Source: Myxococcales bacterium (lineage in GTDB: Bacteria; Myxococcota; Myxococcia; Myxococcales; 40CM-4-68-19). Taken from it: 64,000 nt of DNA. Positions 51,550 through 61,714 of the stretch are shown piece after piece. Positions within the stretch are counted from its first letter, which is position 1, and every line of letters starts with the position of its first letter. Made by a program: the position numbers and the translations under genes. The stretch is taken from positions 23,690 to 87,689 of the forward strand of contig DASQAS010000244.1 in NCBI GenBank assembly GCA_035635635.1, read 5' to 3'. The notes under the pieces are model-generated. The model ran no database searches. It saw only the letters and a list, made by a program, of their open reading frames with translations, and was not told where the DNA came from.

Positions 51550-52707
51550 ATGGTCTCTGGCATCCCCGTCACCGACGAGCTGTTGCACGCGCTCCCGAAG
51601 ACCGATCTGCACTGTCACCTGGACGGCTCGCTGCGCCTTTCGACCATGCTCGAGCTGGCCGACCAGCAGGGCATCCGGCTCCCGGCCGACTCGGTGGACG
51701 GCCTCGCCCGGGCGATGAAGATCGGCGAGCGCCACGGCAGCCTCGAGGAATACCTGAAGGGCTTCGACATCACCCTCAGCGTGCTGCAGACCGAGGACGC
51801 GCTGTACCGGGCCGCATACGAGCTGGGGATCGACGCCGCCGCCGAGAACTGCAGGCTGATCGAAGTCCGCTACGCGCCGGTCCTCCACCTCCAGAAGGGG
51901 CTCAAGCCCACCGTAGTGGTCGAGGCGGTGCTGGAGGGCCTGCGCGCCGCCACCCGCGAGACTGGCATCCTCGCCGGCGTCCTGGTCTGTGGCATCCGGA
52001 ACATGAGCCCTGACACCTCGCTGCGTCTGGCCGAGCTGTCGGTCGCGTACAAGAACCGCGGCGTGCTCGGGTTCGACCTGGCCGGGGCGGAGCACGGCAA
52101 CCCGGCCAAGGACCACCAGGAGGCGTTCCAGCTCATCCTCAACAACAACATCAACTGCACGGTGCACGCCGGCGAGGCGTACGGGCCGCCCTCCATCGCC
52201 CAGGCCCTGCACTACTGCGGCGCCCACCGGATCGGGCACGGCGTACGGCTCCGCGAAGACGGCGATCTGCTCAACTACGTCAACGATCACCGCATCCCCA
52301 TCGAGTGCTGCCCCTCGAGCAACGTCCAGACCGGCGCGGTGGCCGACATGGCGACGCACCCGTTCAAGTTCTACCTGGACTTCGGCATCCGGGTGACCAT
52401 CAACACCGACAACCGGCTGATCACCGACACCACCGTCACCAAGGAGCTCTCGATCGTCTCCAAGCAGTTCGGGCTCGACGCCACCGACATCCGCAACATC
52501 CTGGTGGCGGGCTTCAAGAGCTCGTTCCTCACCTTCCACGACCGCGCACAGCTGGTGCGCAAGGTGCAAAGCGAGATGGACGAGCTGATCGGGGAGTTCG
52601 CCGAGCGCAACGGCGTGCCGCGCAAGGTCGACTCCAAGCCGCCTCCGTCCCGGCCGCCGGGCTCGAAGCCGCCGCACCCGAAGCCCCCCTCGTCCAAGCG
52701 GGCTTGA
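51550..52707 (+). CDS. add: Adenosine deaminase with a Pro/Lys-rich C-terminal tail
   Basis: LPKTDLHCHLDGS, TVHAGE, and the TINTDN family motifs. Confidence 0.85.
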   Translation: MVSGIPVTDELLHALPKTDLHCHLDGSLRLSTMLELADQQGIRLPADSVDGLARAMKIGERHGSLEEYLKGFDITLSVLQTEDALYRAAYELGIDAAAENCRLIEVRYAPVLHLQKGLKPTVVVEAVLEGLRAATRETGILAGVLVCGIRNMSPDTSLRLAELSVAYKNRGVLGFDLAGAEHGNPAKDHQEAFQLILNNNINCTVHAGEAYGPPSIAQALHYCGAHRIGHGVRLREDGDLLNYVNDHRIPIECCPSSNVQTGAVADMATHPFKFYLDFGIRVTINTDNRLITDTTVTKELSIVSKQFGLDATDIRNILVAGFKSSFLTFHDRAQLVRKVQSEMDELIGEFAERNGVPRKVDSKPPPSRPPGSKPPHPKPPSSKRA

Positions 52708-52788
52708 GCGGCGGCAGGACCCGGGACCACTGAACAACCGGTCGGAGCACCGTTGCAGCGCGGCGCTGCGGGGTCTACCGTCCGCTGC

Positions 52789-54027
52789 ATGTCTGCCGGA
52801 AAAACGCTCGCCATGATCCTCGCCGGAGGCGAGGGCCGCCGCCTCGCTCCGCTGACGCAGGAGCGCTCGAAGCCTGCGGTGACCTTCGGCGGCCGCTACC
52901 GGATCATCGACTTCGTCCTCTCCAACTTCGCCAACTCGGGCGTGCTGCGGATGAAGGTGCTGACGCAGTACAAGTCGGAGTCGCTGAACACGCACATCTC
53001 GCGCGGCTGGCGGATGAGCACCATGCTCGGGCAGTTCGTGGAGAGCGTGCCGGCGCAGCAAAGGACCGGGCCCGAGTGGTACAAGGGCTCGGCCGACGCC
53101 ATCTACCAGAACCTCAACCTGGTCACCGACGAGGAGCCCGACTACGTCTTCGTCTTCGGCGCCGACCACATCTACCGCATGGACGTCCGGCAGATGCTCG
53201 ACTTCCACATCGAGCAGAAGGCGGACTGCACGGTGGCGGCGATCCCCATGCCCATCGAGGAGGCGAGCTCCTTCGGCGTGATCACCGCCGACGAGCACGG
53301 CCGGATGGTCGACTTCCAGGAGAAGCCCAAAAACCCCAAGCCGATGATCGGCAACCCGCGGGCGGTGCTGGCGTCGATGGGCAACTACCTCTTCAACACC
53401 GAGGCGCTGGTCCGCGAGATCGTCCGCGACGCCGGCAAGGAGAGCGTGCACGACTTCGGCAAGTCGATCATCAGCGAGATGCACAAGCGCACGCGGGTCG
53501 CCGTCTACGACTTCGCCACCAACAACGTGCCCGGCCAGGGAGCGGCCGAGACCGGTTACTGGCGCGACGTGGGAGACCTCGACACCTATTATGAATGCAA
53601 CATGGACCTGGTGGCCGTCGATCCCAAGCTCTCCCTCTACAACACGCGCTGGCCCATCTACACGGGCCCCGCCCACACCGCCGCGCCCGCCAAGTTCGTC
53701 TTCGCCAACGAGGAGGAGCAGCGCGTTGGCCGCGCCACCGACTCCCTGGTCAGCGAAGGCTGCATCATCTCCGGCGGCCGGGTGGATCGCTCGGTGCTCT
53801 CGCCGAACGTGCGTATCAACTCGTACGCCGACGTGCAGGAGAGCATCCTCTTCGAGGGCGTCCGCGTCGGCCGCCACGCGCGCATCCGCCGGACCATCAT
53901 CGACAAGAACGTCGACATCCCGGCGGGCTTGCGGATCGGCTACGATCCGGAGGAGGACCGCAAGCGGTTCTTCGTCAGCCCGAAGGGGATCGTCGTGGTC
54001 CCGAAGGGAATGCGCCTCTCGGGCTGA
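52789..54027 (+). CDS. glgC: Glucose-1-phosphate adenylyltransferase
   Basis: ATG 52789 ([38 protein letters not shown]). Confidence 0.9.
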   Translation: MSAGKTLAMILAGGEGRRLAPLTQERSKPAVTFGGRYRIIDFVLSNFANSGVLRMKVLTQYKSESLNTHISRGWRMSTMLGQFVESVPAQQRTGPEWYKGSADAIYQNLNLVTDEEPDYVFVFGADHIYRMDVRQMLDFHIEQKADCTVAAIPMPIEEASSFGVITADEHGRMVDFQEKPKNPKPMIGNPRAVLASMGNYLFNTEALVREIVRDAGKESVHDFGKSIISEMHKRTRVAVYDFATNNVPGQGAAETGYWRDVGDLDTYYECNMDLVAVDPKLSLYNTRWPIYTGPAHTAAPAKFVFANEEEQRVGRATDSLVSEGCIISGGRVDRSVLSPNVRINSYADVQESILFEGVRVGRHARIRRTIIDKNVDIPAGLRIGYDPEEDRKRFFVSPKGIVVVPKGMRLSG

Positions 54028-54038
54028 GAAAGGCGCTC

Positions 54039-56153
54039 TTGGCCCGCGTCGTCTTCCTCTGGCACCTGCACCAGCCCGACTATCGCGATCCCGCCTCCGG
54101 CCAGCCGGTGTTGCCCTGGGTCCGGCTGCACGCCACGCGCTCCTACAACGACATGGCCGCCGCGCTCGAGCGGCCCGAGCGGGCCAAGGCGGTGGTGAAC
54201 TGGGCGCCTTCGCTCCTGCTGCAGCTCGAGGCGTACGCCTCGGGCACCGCCGTGGACGTGGACGAGGAGATCGGGCGCAAGCCGATCGACACGCTGACGC
54301 CCGCCGAACGGGCGCACGTCCTGCGGCAGGGCTTCTCCGCCGACTGGGACACCTGGGTGAAGCCGGTGCCCCGATATGCCGAGCTCCTGTCGAAGCGCGG
54401 GACGGACCTGGCGAAGATCGATCTGCTTCGCGCGCAGGCGTCGTTCTCCGCCCAGGAGCTGACCGACGTCCAGGTGCACTTCATGCTGGCCTGGATGGGC
54501 TTCGCCGCCCGGAGGGAAGTGCCGCTGGTCGCGGAGCTGGTGCGCAAGGAGTACGGCTTCACCGACGAGGAGAGGGTTCAGCTGCTGGACGCCTCCCGGG
54601 AGATCGCGCGCGGCATCGTCCCGCGCTGGCGGTCGCTCTCGCAGCGCGGCGCCGCCGAGATCACCTGCTCGCCGCTGTTCCATCCGATCCTGCCGCTCCT
54701 GGTGGACAGCGACTCGGCCCGCCGGGCGATGCCCGATGCGGCGCTGCCTCCGCGGTTCCAGTTCCCGCAGGACGCCCGCGAGCAGGTCCGGCGCGGCCTC
54801 GCGCGCGCGGAGCACGATTTCGGGACACGCCCTGCCGGGATGTGGCCGAGCGAGGGCTCGGTGTCCCCGGAAGTGGTGCAGCTTCTCGGAACGGAAGGCG
54901 TGCGCTGGTGCGCGACCGATCAGGGCGTCCTGGAACGCAGCGAGCTCGAGCGCTCCGCGGAAGGAACGCTCCATTTCGCGCCTTGGGCGTGCGGGCAGCT
55001 CGCCATGTTCTTCCGCGACCGGGACCTGAGCGACCGCATCGGCTTCCGCTACGCCCGCGCCGACCCGCGCGAGGCCGCCCAGGACCTGCTCGGCCGCATC
55101 GCGGCCGCCGGCGAGGACGCGACCGTGACCGTGGCCCTCGACGGCGAGAATCCCTGGGAGCGCTACCCGCAGTCCGGCGAGCCGTTCCTCGACGCGCTCT
55201 ACGGCGGCCTCGGCGACAAGGTCGTGCCGGTGCTGCCCCGCGACGAGATCTCCGCCCGTCCGCCCAGGGGGCGCATCGCGAAGCTGCATTCCGGAAGCTG
55301 GATCGAGTCCAACTTCCGGATCTGGATCGGCCATCCCGAGGACAACCAGGCGTGGACGCTCTTGGGGCAGGCCCGGGCCGCGCTGGAACGGGCCCGGCCC
55401 GAGCTTCCCCCCGAGCGCTTCGAGAAGGCCTGGATGGCCGCCCTCACGGCCGAGGGCAGCGACTGGTTCTGGTGGTACGGAGACGACTTCACGACCGACA
55501 ACGCGCCCGAGTTCGACGCCCTGTTCCGGCGCAACGTCGAGCAGATCTACCGGCAGGTGGGCCTCGCGCCGCCCGAGCGCCTGGCCCGGCCCATCATCGC
55601 GCCGCAGAAGGACAAGGCGCAGGCCTCCGCCATCTCGGTGACGCCGCGGCGGCTGATCAAGCCGCTGATCGACGGCTATTCCCGCAGCTACTTCGAGTGG
55701 AACGGCGCCGGCTTCTACCGCCCCGGCAGCACCGCCGGCGGCTCGATGTACCAGGGCGGCGGCGCGTTCTCGCAACTCTGGTACGGATTCTCGCTGACCG
55801 ATCTGTACCTGCGCCTGGACGCCGCGCAGGGAGCCGACACCTCGGCGGGCCAGCTGCACATCCTGCTCTTGCGCGACAAGACCGAGCGCACGCTGAAGAT
55901 GGAAGTCCGGCCGGGCGGGGTGAAATGTCCCGTGCTCGACGAGCGGGGACAAGAGTGCGGCGCCGGGTACTCCGGCTCGCTGGTCGAGCTGTCGCTGTCC
56001 CTGGACGGGCTCGGCCTCGCCGCATCGGACCGGATCGGGCTGCTCTTGCGGCTCTTGCGCGGGGGCGCGGAGGTGGATCGCCTGCCGCGCTACGGCGAGC
56101 TTGCGCTGGAGGTCCCCGGTCCAAGCTTCGAACGGTCGCATTGGCACGTGTGA
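54039..56153 (+). CDS. Glycoside hydrolase family 57 protein (alpha-glucan-active)
   Basis: The only in-frame start after the glgC stop is TTG 54039 (giving MARVVFLWHLHQPDY). GH57 N-terminal signature, about 704 aa. Confidence 0.8.
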   Translation: MARVVFLWHLHQPDYRDPASGQPVLPWVRLHATRSYNDMAAALERPERAKAVVNWAPSLLLQLEAYASGTAVDVDEEIGRKPIDTLTPAERAHVLRQGFSADWDTWVKPVPRYAELLSKRGTDLAKIDLLRAQASFSAQELTDVQVHFMLAWMGFAARREVPLVAELVRKEYGFTDEERVQLLDASREIARGIVPRWRSLSQRGAAEITCSPLFHPILPLLVDSDSARRAMPDAALPPRFQFPQDAREQVRRGLARAEHDFGTRPAGMWPSEGSVSPEVVQLLGTEGVRWCATDQGVLERSELERSAEGTLHFAPWACGQLAMFFRDRDLSDRIGFRYARADPREAAQDLLGRIAAAGEDATVTVALDGENPWERYPQSGEPFLDALYGGLGDKVVPVLPRDEISARPPRGRIAKLHSGSWIESNFRIWIGHPEDNQAWTLLGQARAALERARPELPPERFEKAWMAALTAEGSDWFWWYGDDFTTDNAPEFDALFRRNVEQIYRQVGLAPPERLARPIIAPQKDKAQASAISVTPRRLIKPLIDGYSRSYFEWNGAGFYRPGSTAGGSMYQGGGAFSQLWYGFSLTDLYLRLDAAQGADTSAGQLHILLLRDKTERTLKMEVRPGGVKCPVLDERGQECGAGYSGSLVELSLSLDGLGLAASDRIGLLLRLLRGGAEVDRLPRYGELALEVPGPSFERSHWHV

Positions 56154-56181
56154 ATGGCGATTTTTGCTAGATTGCCCCCAC

Positions 56182-57168
56182 GTGCCCCAGCTACGCAGAG
56201 ATCCAGTCGTGGGACGATGGGTCATCATCGCGCCGGAGCGGGCGAACCGTCCGAGCGCCTTCTTGCGGCCGGCGCCGGAGCACGATTCCGGGGCCTGTCC
56301 GTTCTGTCCGGGAAACGAGTCCATGACCCCTCCCGAGATCCTCTCGCGCCGGGAGAATGGCGCCTGGTCGCTCCGCGTGGTGCCGAACCTCTACCCGGCG
56401 CTGCGCACCGAGATCCAGATGTCCCGCGCCGGACTGGGCCTCTTCGACAGCATGGCGGGCGTCGGCGCCCACGAGGTGGTGATCGAGACCAACGACCACT
56501 CGCCCACGCTGGCCGAGCTGCCGGTGGCGCAGATCGAGAGCGTCCTGCAGGTCTGGCAGGAGCGGATGATCGATCTCTCGCGGGACGTCCGGCTCAAGAC
56601 CGTGGTCGCATTCAAGAACCAGGGACTGCCTGCCGGAGCCACCTTGTCGCACGCCCACTCCCAGCTGATCGCGCTCCCCTTGGTGCCCGAGGCGCTCCAG
56701 GTGGAGGAAAATGCCGCGCGCCGGCATTTCCAGGAGAAGGAGCGCTGCATCTGGTGCGACATCGTCGCGCAGGAGACGCGCGACCGCGAGCGCATGGTGC
56801 TGGAGTCGGAGGCCGCCCTGGTGCTCTCTCCCTGGGCGGCGCGCAGCCCATTCGAGCTCTGGCTCTTGCCCCGCGACCACCGGTCGTCGTTCGAGTCCGC
56901 CACCGGAAACGAGCTGCGCGCCGTCGCCGAGATGCTGCGGACGGTCCTGCGCAAGATCGACCTGGCGCTGGAGAAGCCAGCCTTGAATCTCTTCTTGCAC
57001 ACCATGCCGCTGCGCGAGCCGCGGAACGACTTCTACCACTGGCACCTGGAGCTCAAGCCGGTCCTCACCCAGCAGGCCGGCTTCGAGTGGGCGACGGGCT
57101 GCTTCATCAACCCAACGGCACCGGAAGAGGCGGCGAGCTTCCTCCGGCAGACGGAGGTCTTCCCGTGA
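56182..57168 (+). CDS. galT: GalT-like nucleotidyltransferase (hexose-1-phosphate uridylyl/ADP-glucose phosphorylase family)
   Basis: GTG 56182. Zn site CPFCPGNE; active-site HAHSQ. Confidence 0.75.
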   Translation: MPQLRRDPVVGRWVIIAPERANRPSAFLRPAPEHDSGACPFCPGNESMTPPEILSRRENGAWSLRVVPNLYPALRTEIQMSRAGLGLFDSMAGVGAHEVVIETNDHSPTLAELPVAQIESVLQVWQERMIDLSRDVRLKTVVAFKNQGLPAGATLSHAHSQLIALPLVPEALQVEENAARRHFQEKERCIWCDIVAQETRDRERMVLESEAALVLSPWAARSPFELWLLPRDHRSSFESATGNELRAVAEMLRTVLRKIDLALEKPALNLFLHTMPLREPRNDFYHWHLELKPVLTQQAGFEWATGCFINPTAPEEAASFLRQTEVFP

Positions 57169-58592
57169 AGATCCTGTTCGTCGCTTCGGAAGCGGCGCCC
57201 TACGTGAAGACGGGCGGGCTGGGCGACGTGATCGGCGCGCTTCCCCGGGCGCTGGCCAGGCGCGGCCACGACGTCCTCGCGGTCGTTCCCCGGTACGGCG
57301 CCATCGACGGGCAGCAGTTCGGTTTGCGCGACACCGGGCGGCGGGTGGAGGTCCAGTTTCCCAACCTGAACGCGGGCGCGCACATCCACGTGCACGCGCC
57401 GGCCGAGCGGCTGCGCTACCTGTTCCTGCAGAACCCCTGGTACGACCGCCGTGAGCTGTACGGGGAGGGTGGCAAGGACTACCGCGACAACCACAAGCGC
57501 TTCGCGCTGCTCGCCGCCGGATCGCTGGAGGCGGCGCGGCAGTGGAACTTCATCCCGGACGCCATCCATGCGCACGACTGGCAGGCCGCGCTGGTCCCGC
57601 TGATCGTGAAGCGCGGCTGGGCCGGCCGCCCGTCGCCGATCCGCGCGCGCACGATCTTCACCATCCACAACGTCGCTTACCAGGGGGTCTTCCCGCGGGA
57701 GGCGATGGGCGAGCTGGATCTTCCGGGAGACCTCTTCAACGCCGACGCGCTGGAGTTCTACGGGAAGGTGAACCTCATCAAGGCGGGCCTGGTCTTCGCC
57801 GACAAGCTGACCACCGTCTCCCCCACCTACGCCCGGGAGATCGTGGAGAGCAGCGAGACCGGCGCGGGCCTCGAGGGCCTCTTGCGCCACCGCAAGGGGG
57901 ACCTGACCGGCATCATGAACGGCGTCGACTACGACCGCTGGAGCCCGGAGCGGGACGCCCTCATCCCGCACCGCTATTCGGCGGAGGACCTCTCCGGCAA
58001 GGCGGAGTGCAAGGCGGAGCTGCAACAGGAATTGGGGCTGGAGCCGCAGCCGGAGACCATGCTCTGCGCCGCCATCGGCCGGCTCGCGCACCAGAAGGGC
58101 TACGACATCCTCGCCCAGGCGGTGCCGGGCATGGTCTCGCGCGGCGTGCAGCTCGCGCTCCTGGGCACCGGCGACGCCGCGCTCGAGGAGGTTTTCGCGG
58201 CCCTGGCCGTGAAGTATCCCGGGCGGGTGAGCGCCCAGCTCCGCTTCGACGACAAGCTGGCCCACCGGATCGAGGCGGGGGCGGACGTCTTCCTCATGCC
58301 CTCGCGGTTCGAGCCCTGCGGCCTGAACCAGCTCTATTCGCTGCGCTACGGGACGCTGCCCCTGGTCCACGCCGTGGGCGGCCTGGCCGACAGCATCAGC
58401 GAGGGCCCGCAGGGCTGGGGATTCCGCTTCGAGCAGGAGACGCCGGAGGCGCTGCTCGAGGCGCTCGATCGGGCGCTCGCGCTCTGGCGGGACAAGGCCG
58501 GCTGGCGCACGGCGCAGCAGCGGGCCATGGGACGAGACCACTCCTGGGACCGCGCCGCCGCGCAATACGAGGTTCTCTACCAGCCCTCCTGA
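57165..58592 (+). CDS. glgA: Glycogen synthase
   Basis: GTG 57165 overlaps the upstream TGA. KILFVASEAAPYVKTGGLGDV. Confidence 0.9.
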   Translation: MKILFVASEAAPYVKTGGLGDVIGALPRALARRGHDVLAVVPRYGAIDGQQFGLRDTGRRVEVQFPNLNAGAHIHVHAPAERLRYLFLQNPWYDRRELYGEGGKDYRDNHKRFALLAAGSLEAARQWNFIPDAIHAHDWQAALVPLIVKRGWAGRPSPIRARTIFTIHNVAYQGVFPREAMGELDLPGDLFNADALEFYGKVNLIKAGLVFADKLTTVSPTYAREIVESSETGAGLEGLLRHRKGDLTGIMNGVDYDRWSPERDALIPHRYSAEDLSGKAECKAELQQELGLEPQPETMLCAAIGRLAHQKGYDILAQAVPGMVSRGVQLALLGTGDAALEEVFAALAVKYPGRVSAQLRFDDKLAHRIEAGADVFLMPSRFEPCGLNQLYSLRYGTLPLVHAVGGLADSISEGPQGWGFRFEQETPEALLEALDRALALWRDKAGWRTAQQRAMGRDHSWDRAAAQYEVLYQPS

Positions 58593-58636
58593 GGTTGAAG
58601 CTTGTCTTCTCCCGCGCCCGGCGCTACACTCCTGTT

Positions 58637-58661
58637 GATATTGAGAAGCATTCTCAATATC
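58637..58661. promoter_or_regulatory. Fur-box-like perfect inverted repeat upstream of bfd-bfr
   Basis: GATATTGAGAA-GCA-TTCTCAATATC (11-bp arms) is AT-rich in a GC-rich genome and ends 17 nt before the bfd ATG. Confidence 0.6.
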
Positions 58662-58678
58662 ACGCAGCCGCGAACCCG

Positions 58679-58897
58679 ATGATCCTCTGCATCTGCCAGT
58701 CCGTGACCGACCGCGAGGTGGACGCCGCCATCCGCCACGGCGCGCACTCGCTCGCCGACGTCTCCAAGGCCTGCGGCGCGGGCGGCGACTGCGGGAGCTG
58801 CCGGCGTTCGATCCACGAGCGCATCGAGTTCGCCTGCAGCCGCAACTGCGCCGATTGCCCCCGCCGCGAGCCTGAGCTAGCGTCCGCCGCGCTCTGA
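58679..58897 (+). CDS. bfd: Bacterioferritin-associated ferredoxin
   Basis: 72 aa: [24 protein letters not shown] (2Fe-2S BFD-like). Confidence 0.8.
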   Translation: MILCICQSVTDREVDAAIRHGAHSLADVSKACGAGGDCGSCRRSIHERIEFACSRNCADCPRREPELASAAL

Positions 58898-58913
58898 CCC
58901 TCCGGGGGCGCGC

Positions 58914-59381
58914 ATGAAAGTCGACAAGCAGGTCGTCACGTTGCTCAACGACGTGCTGACGGCGGAGCTGACGGCCGTCAACCAGTACTGGCTGCACGGG
59001 CGCCTCTGCCACCACTGGGGCTACGAGCGCCTCTACGAGAAGCTGCGCAAGGAGAGCATCGAGGAGATGAAGCACGCGGACGAGCTGATCGACCGCATCC
59101 TCTTCCTCGAGGGCCTTCCCAACCTGCAGCGCTACGGGAAGGTCAACGTCGGCCAGACGGTGCCGGAGCAGTTCCAGCTCGACCTGGCGGTCGAGTACGA
59201 GGCCATCAAGACGCTCAACCAGGCCATCGAGACCTGCCGCGCCGCCGGGGACAACGGGACCCGCGATCTGCTCGAGCGCATGCTCCGCGAGGAGGAGGCG
59301 CACGCCGACTGGCTGGAGACCCAGCAGGAGTCGATCAAGCAGATCGGCGCGGAGCGCTACTTGTCGGAGCAGTTGAAGTAG
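58914..59381 (+). CDS. bfr: Bacterioferritin
   Basis: 155 aa: [35 protein letters not shown]. Confidence 0.9.
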   Translation: MKVDKQVVTLLNDVLTAELTAVNQYWLHGRLCHHWGYERLYEKLRKESIEEMKHADELIDRILFLEGLPNLQRYGKVNVGQTVPEQFQLDLAVEYEAIKTLNQAIETCRAAGDNGTRDLLERMLREEEAHADWLETQQESIKQIGAERYLSEQLK

Positions 59382-59389
59382 GCTTCGAA

Positions 59390-59460
59390 GCGTGTTCGCG
59401 CCTCCGCGCGAACACGCAGCAACTGCGTAGGCGCAAAGCGGCCTCCGGCCGCAGCGCCTA
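59390..59460. repeat. REP-like element copy B with a 12-bp perfect hairpin (bidirectional terminator candidate between bfr and atpF)
   Basis: GCGTGTTCGCGC-CTCC-GCGCGAACACGC, then AGCAACTGCGTAGGCGCAAAGCGGCCTCCGGCCGCAGCGCCTA. The final CTA is the atpF TAG stop. Confidence 0.75.
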
Positions 59461-59970
59461 GACGCGACTCTCTTTCGGCAGCTGCGACAAGTACTCCTCG
59501 ACCAGCTGCTTCTGCTTCTTCTCGTCCATGTTCATCTGCACGAGCCGCTTCGCCGCCTCGATGGCGATGTCCACCGCCTGGGCGCGCAGCTCGGCCAGCG
59601 CCTGGCGCTTCTCCTCGGAGATGGTCTTGCGCGCCTGAACGAGCAGCTCCTCGCTCTCCTTCTTCGCCGCGGCGATCAGCTCGGCCTTCGCTGCCGCGAC
59701 CTCCTGCTGGTTCTTGCGCACGAGTTGGGCGGACTCCTCTCGCGCGCGCTCCAGCGCTTGCTGCATGTCCGCCCGCGCCTTCTCCGCCTCCGCCCGCTCC
59801 CGCTTGGCCGACTCGATCGCGTCGGCGATGGTCTTCTCGCGCGTCTCCATCATCTGGAGGATGGGACCCCAGGCGAACTTCCCCAGCACCACGATCAGGA
59901 GCAGGAACGTGATGAACGTCCAGAAGCTCAGCGCGAAGTTGATGTCGGTGAATCCTGCGGCGAACAGCAT
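59458..59970 (-). CDS. atpF: F0F1 ATP synthase subunit b
   Basis: ATG 59970, 170 aa, with one N-terminal TM and a long charged helix. Confidence 0.85.
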   Translation of the reverse strand: MLFAAGFTDINFALSFWTFITFLLLIVVLGKFAWGPILQMMETREKTIADAIESAKRERAEAEKARADMQQALERAREESAQLVRKNQQEVAAAKAELIAAAKKESEELLVQARKTISEEKRQALAELRAQAVDIAIEAAKRLVQMNMDEKKQKQLVEEYLSQLPKESRV

Positions 59971-60026
59971 CGGCGGTCCTCCCTGAGCGCGGGGGCCTTG
60001 TACCACAGGCCCCCGCCCGAGCTGCG

Positions 60027-60257
60027 TCAAGCCTTGACGGCCAAGATGATGCACACCACTTCGGCGAACAGCGTCACGCCCTCGATCAGCGCGGCGGCGA
60101 TGATCATCGAGGTGCGGATGTCGCCCGTCGCCGCGGGCTGGCGGGCGGTCCCCTCCATGGCTGCTGCTGCGAGCCGGCCGATTCCGAAGCCGGCGCCGAG
60201 CACGGCGAGGCCGGCGCCGAGGCCTGCGGCGAGATACCCAAGCGAGAACTGGTTCAT
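60027..60257 (-). CDS. atpE: F0F1 ATP synthase subunit c
   Basis: 76 aa hairpin: GRQP-like loop (TARQP) and the carboxylate in AALIEGVTLF. Confidence 0.9.
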   Translation of the reverse strand: MNQFSLGYLAAGLGAGLAVLGAGFGIGRLAAAAMEGTARQPAATGDIRTSMIIAAALIEGVTLFAEVVCIILAVKA

Positions 60258-60371
60258 CGGTTCAACCTCCCCACTGCATGGATGCCCTTAGCCTCGGCGG
60301 CGAGGAGTGGCATGTTGTCGCGGGGTGTGGACCCGAGGCCGCCAGAAGCCCAGCCCGCGTTGCTGCCAGAG

Positions 60372-61331
60372 TCAGTGCGCGTGCTGCGTCATCCCGATGA
60401 AGAGCGCCGAGAGCATCGTGAACACGTACGCCTGCACGAGCGCGACGAAGATCTCGAGCATGAAGATGCCCAGCGCGAACGCGACGCTCAGCGGCGCGAC
60501 GTAGACCGAGATGAAGAGCGTCAAGGCGATGAGGAAGAAGATCACGATGTGCCCGGCCACCATGTTCGCGAAGAGGCGGACGGTGAGCGCGAAAGGCTTG
60601 GTGAACAGCCCGAAGAACTCGATCACGAACATCAGCGGCCAGAGTGCTGCGGGCACGCCCGAGGGCACCAGGTGCGTCCAGTAGCCCACCACGCCCTGCG
60701 CGCGCATGCCGGCGATCTGCGTGATCGCGAAGGTGAAGAGCGCCAGTACCATCGTCACCGAGACGTTGCCGGTCGCGGTGGAGATGCCGGGAAATCCCCG
60801 CCAGGCCGGGATGGGCAGAAGCCCGAGGAGGTTCATGAACAGGATGAAGAAGAAGGCCGAGCAGAGATAGGGCGTGTACTGGTCGGCGTGGTGGCCGATG
60901 TTCTTCACCGAGATCTCGTCCCGGACGAACATCACGAGCGTCTCGAGCAGGTTGTAGCCGCCCTTGGGAACCAGGGCGCGCTTGCGCGCCGCCAGCCCGA
61001 CCACGATCAGGAGGACGCCGGCCGCCAGCCACATGTTGATGACGTGCTTGGTGATGTCGAGCCGGATGTACCGGTTGCCCACCCAGAACCCCAGGGGCAC
61101 CACCGTCTCGTCCAGGACGTGTTCGAAGATGTGCTCGGCGATCCCGCCCTTGTGCTCCTCGCCGCCCTGCTCGTGCTCCGGCTTGTGCGCCCCCGGCGCC
61201 GCCTCCTGGTGCCCCAGGGTGGCTCCATGCTCGCTGGCGGAGGGCCGCGCGGTGTCCGGCACCGGGACCGGCTCCCGCGGATGCTCCGGCTGCGCCTGGG
61301 CGAGAAGAAGCAGCGCGAGGACGGCGATCAT
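60372..61331 (-). CDS. atpB: F0F1 ATP synthase subunit a, with an N-terminal His/Glu-rich extension
   Basis: ATG 61331 (ATGA overlap with the upstream gene). Conserved [13 protein letters not shown]. Confidence 0.85.
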   Translation of the reverse strand: MIAVLALLLLAQAQPEHPREPVPVPDTARPSASEHGATLGHQEAAPGAHKPEHEQGGEEHKGGIAEHIFEHVLDETVVPLGFWVGNRYIRLDITKHVINMWLAAGVLLIVVGLAARKRALVPKGGYNLLETLVMFVRDEISVKNIGHHADQYTPYLCSAFFFILFMNLLGLLPIPAWRGFPGISTATGNVSVTMVLALFTFAITQIAGMRAQGVVGYWTHLVPSGVPAALWPLMFVIEFFGLFTKPFALTVRLFANMVAGHIVIFFLIALTLFISVYVAPLSVAFALGIFMLEIFVALVQAYVFTMLSALFIGMTQHAH

Positions 61332-61714
61332 TGCGTGACTCCTTGGGGGCGCGAGCTGGCGTGCACGAACAACACCTCGATCACCTGGGTGACCGCGTAC
61401 AGGGTAAAGAAGGCTGCCACATACGAAAGAGCCAGGTTGCCGCGCGCGCCCGAGGCGACCAGCCCGACGCCCACCAGCGCGGCACGGCAAAGAAATCCGA
61501 TGGTAAATCCGCCGAGTACGCCGTTGAAGCCCTTGCCGGCGGCCCGGGCCAGGGCCGCGAACGCGCAGAGGGCTCCGAGGGCTGCCGCGCCCGCCCCGTA
61601 AAGGGCGGGACCGCGCAACGGCTCCGGCAAGAGCAGCGCGACGCCGATTCCGAGCGCGCACGCGATTCCACTGGCGATGGCGTAAAGGCGCGGCTTGCTT
61701 CGGGTCTGGCTCAC
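61328..61714 (-). CDS. ATP synthase protein I-like membrane protein
   Basis: GTG 61714 overlaps the upstream TGA. 128 aa, 4 TM, in the canonical position upstream of atpB. Confidence 0.55.
   Translation of the reverse strand: MSQTRSKPRLYAIASGIACALGIGVALLLPEPLRGPALYGAGAAALGALCAFAALARAAGKGFNGVLGGFTIGFLCRAALVGVGLVASGARGNLALSYVAAFFTLYAVTQVIEVLFVHASSRPQGVTQ

Noticed and set aside
52755-52769. Perfect 7-1-7 palindrome GCAGCGC-G-GCGCTGC located 20 nt upstream of glgC.
   Set aside because: A pure-GC palindrome of this length is expected by chance fairly often at this base composition. I have no supporting second copy or known motif.
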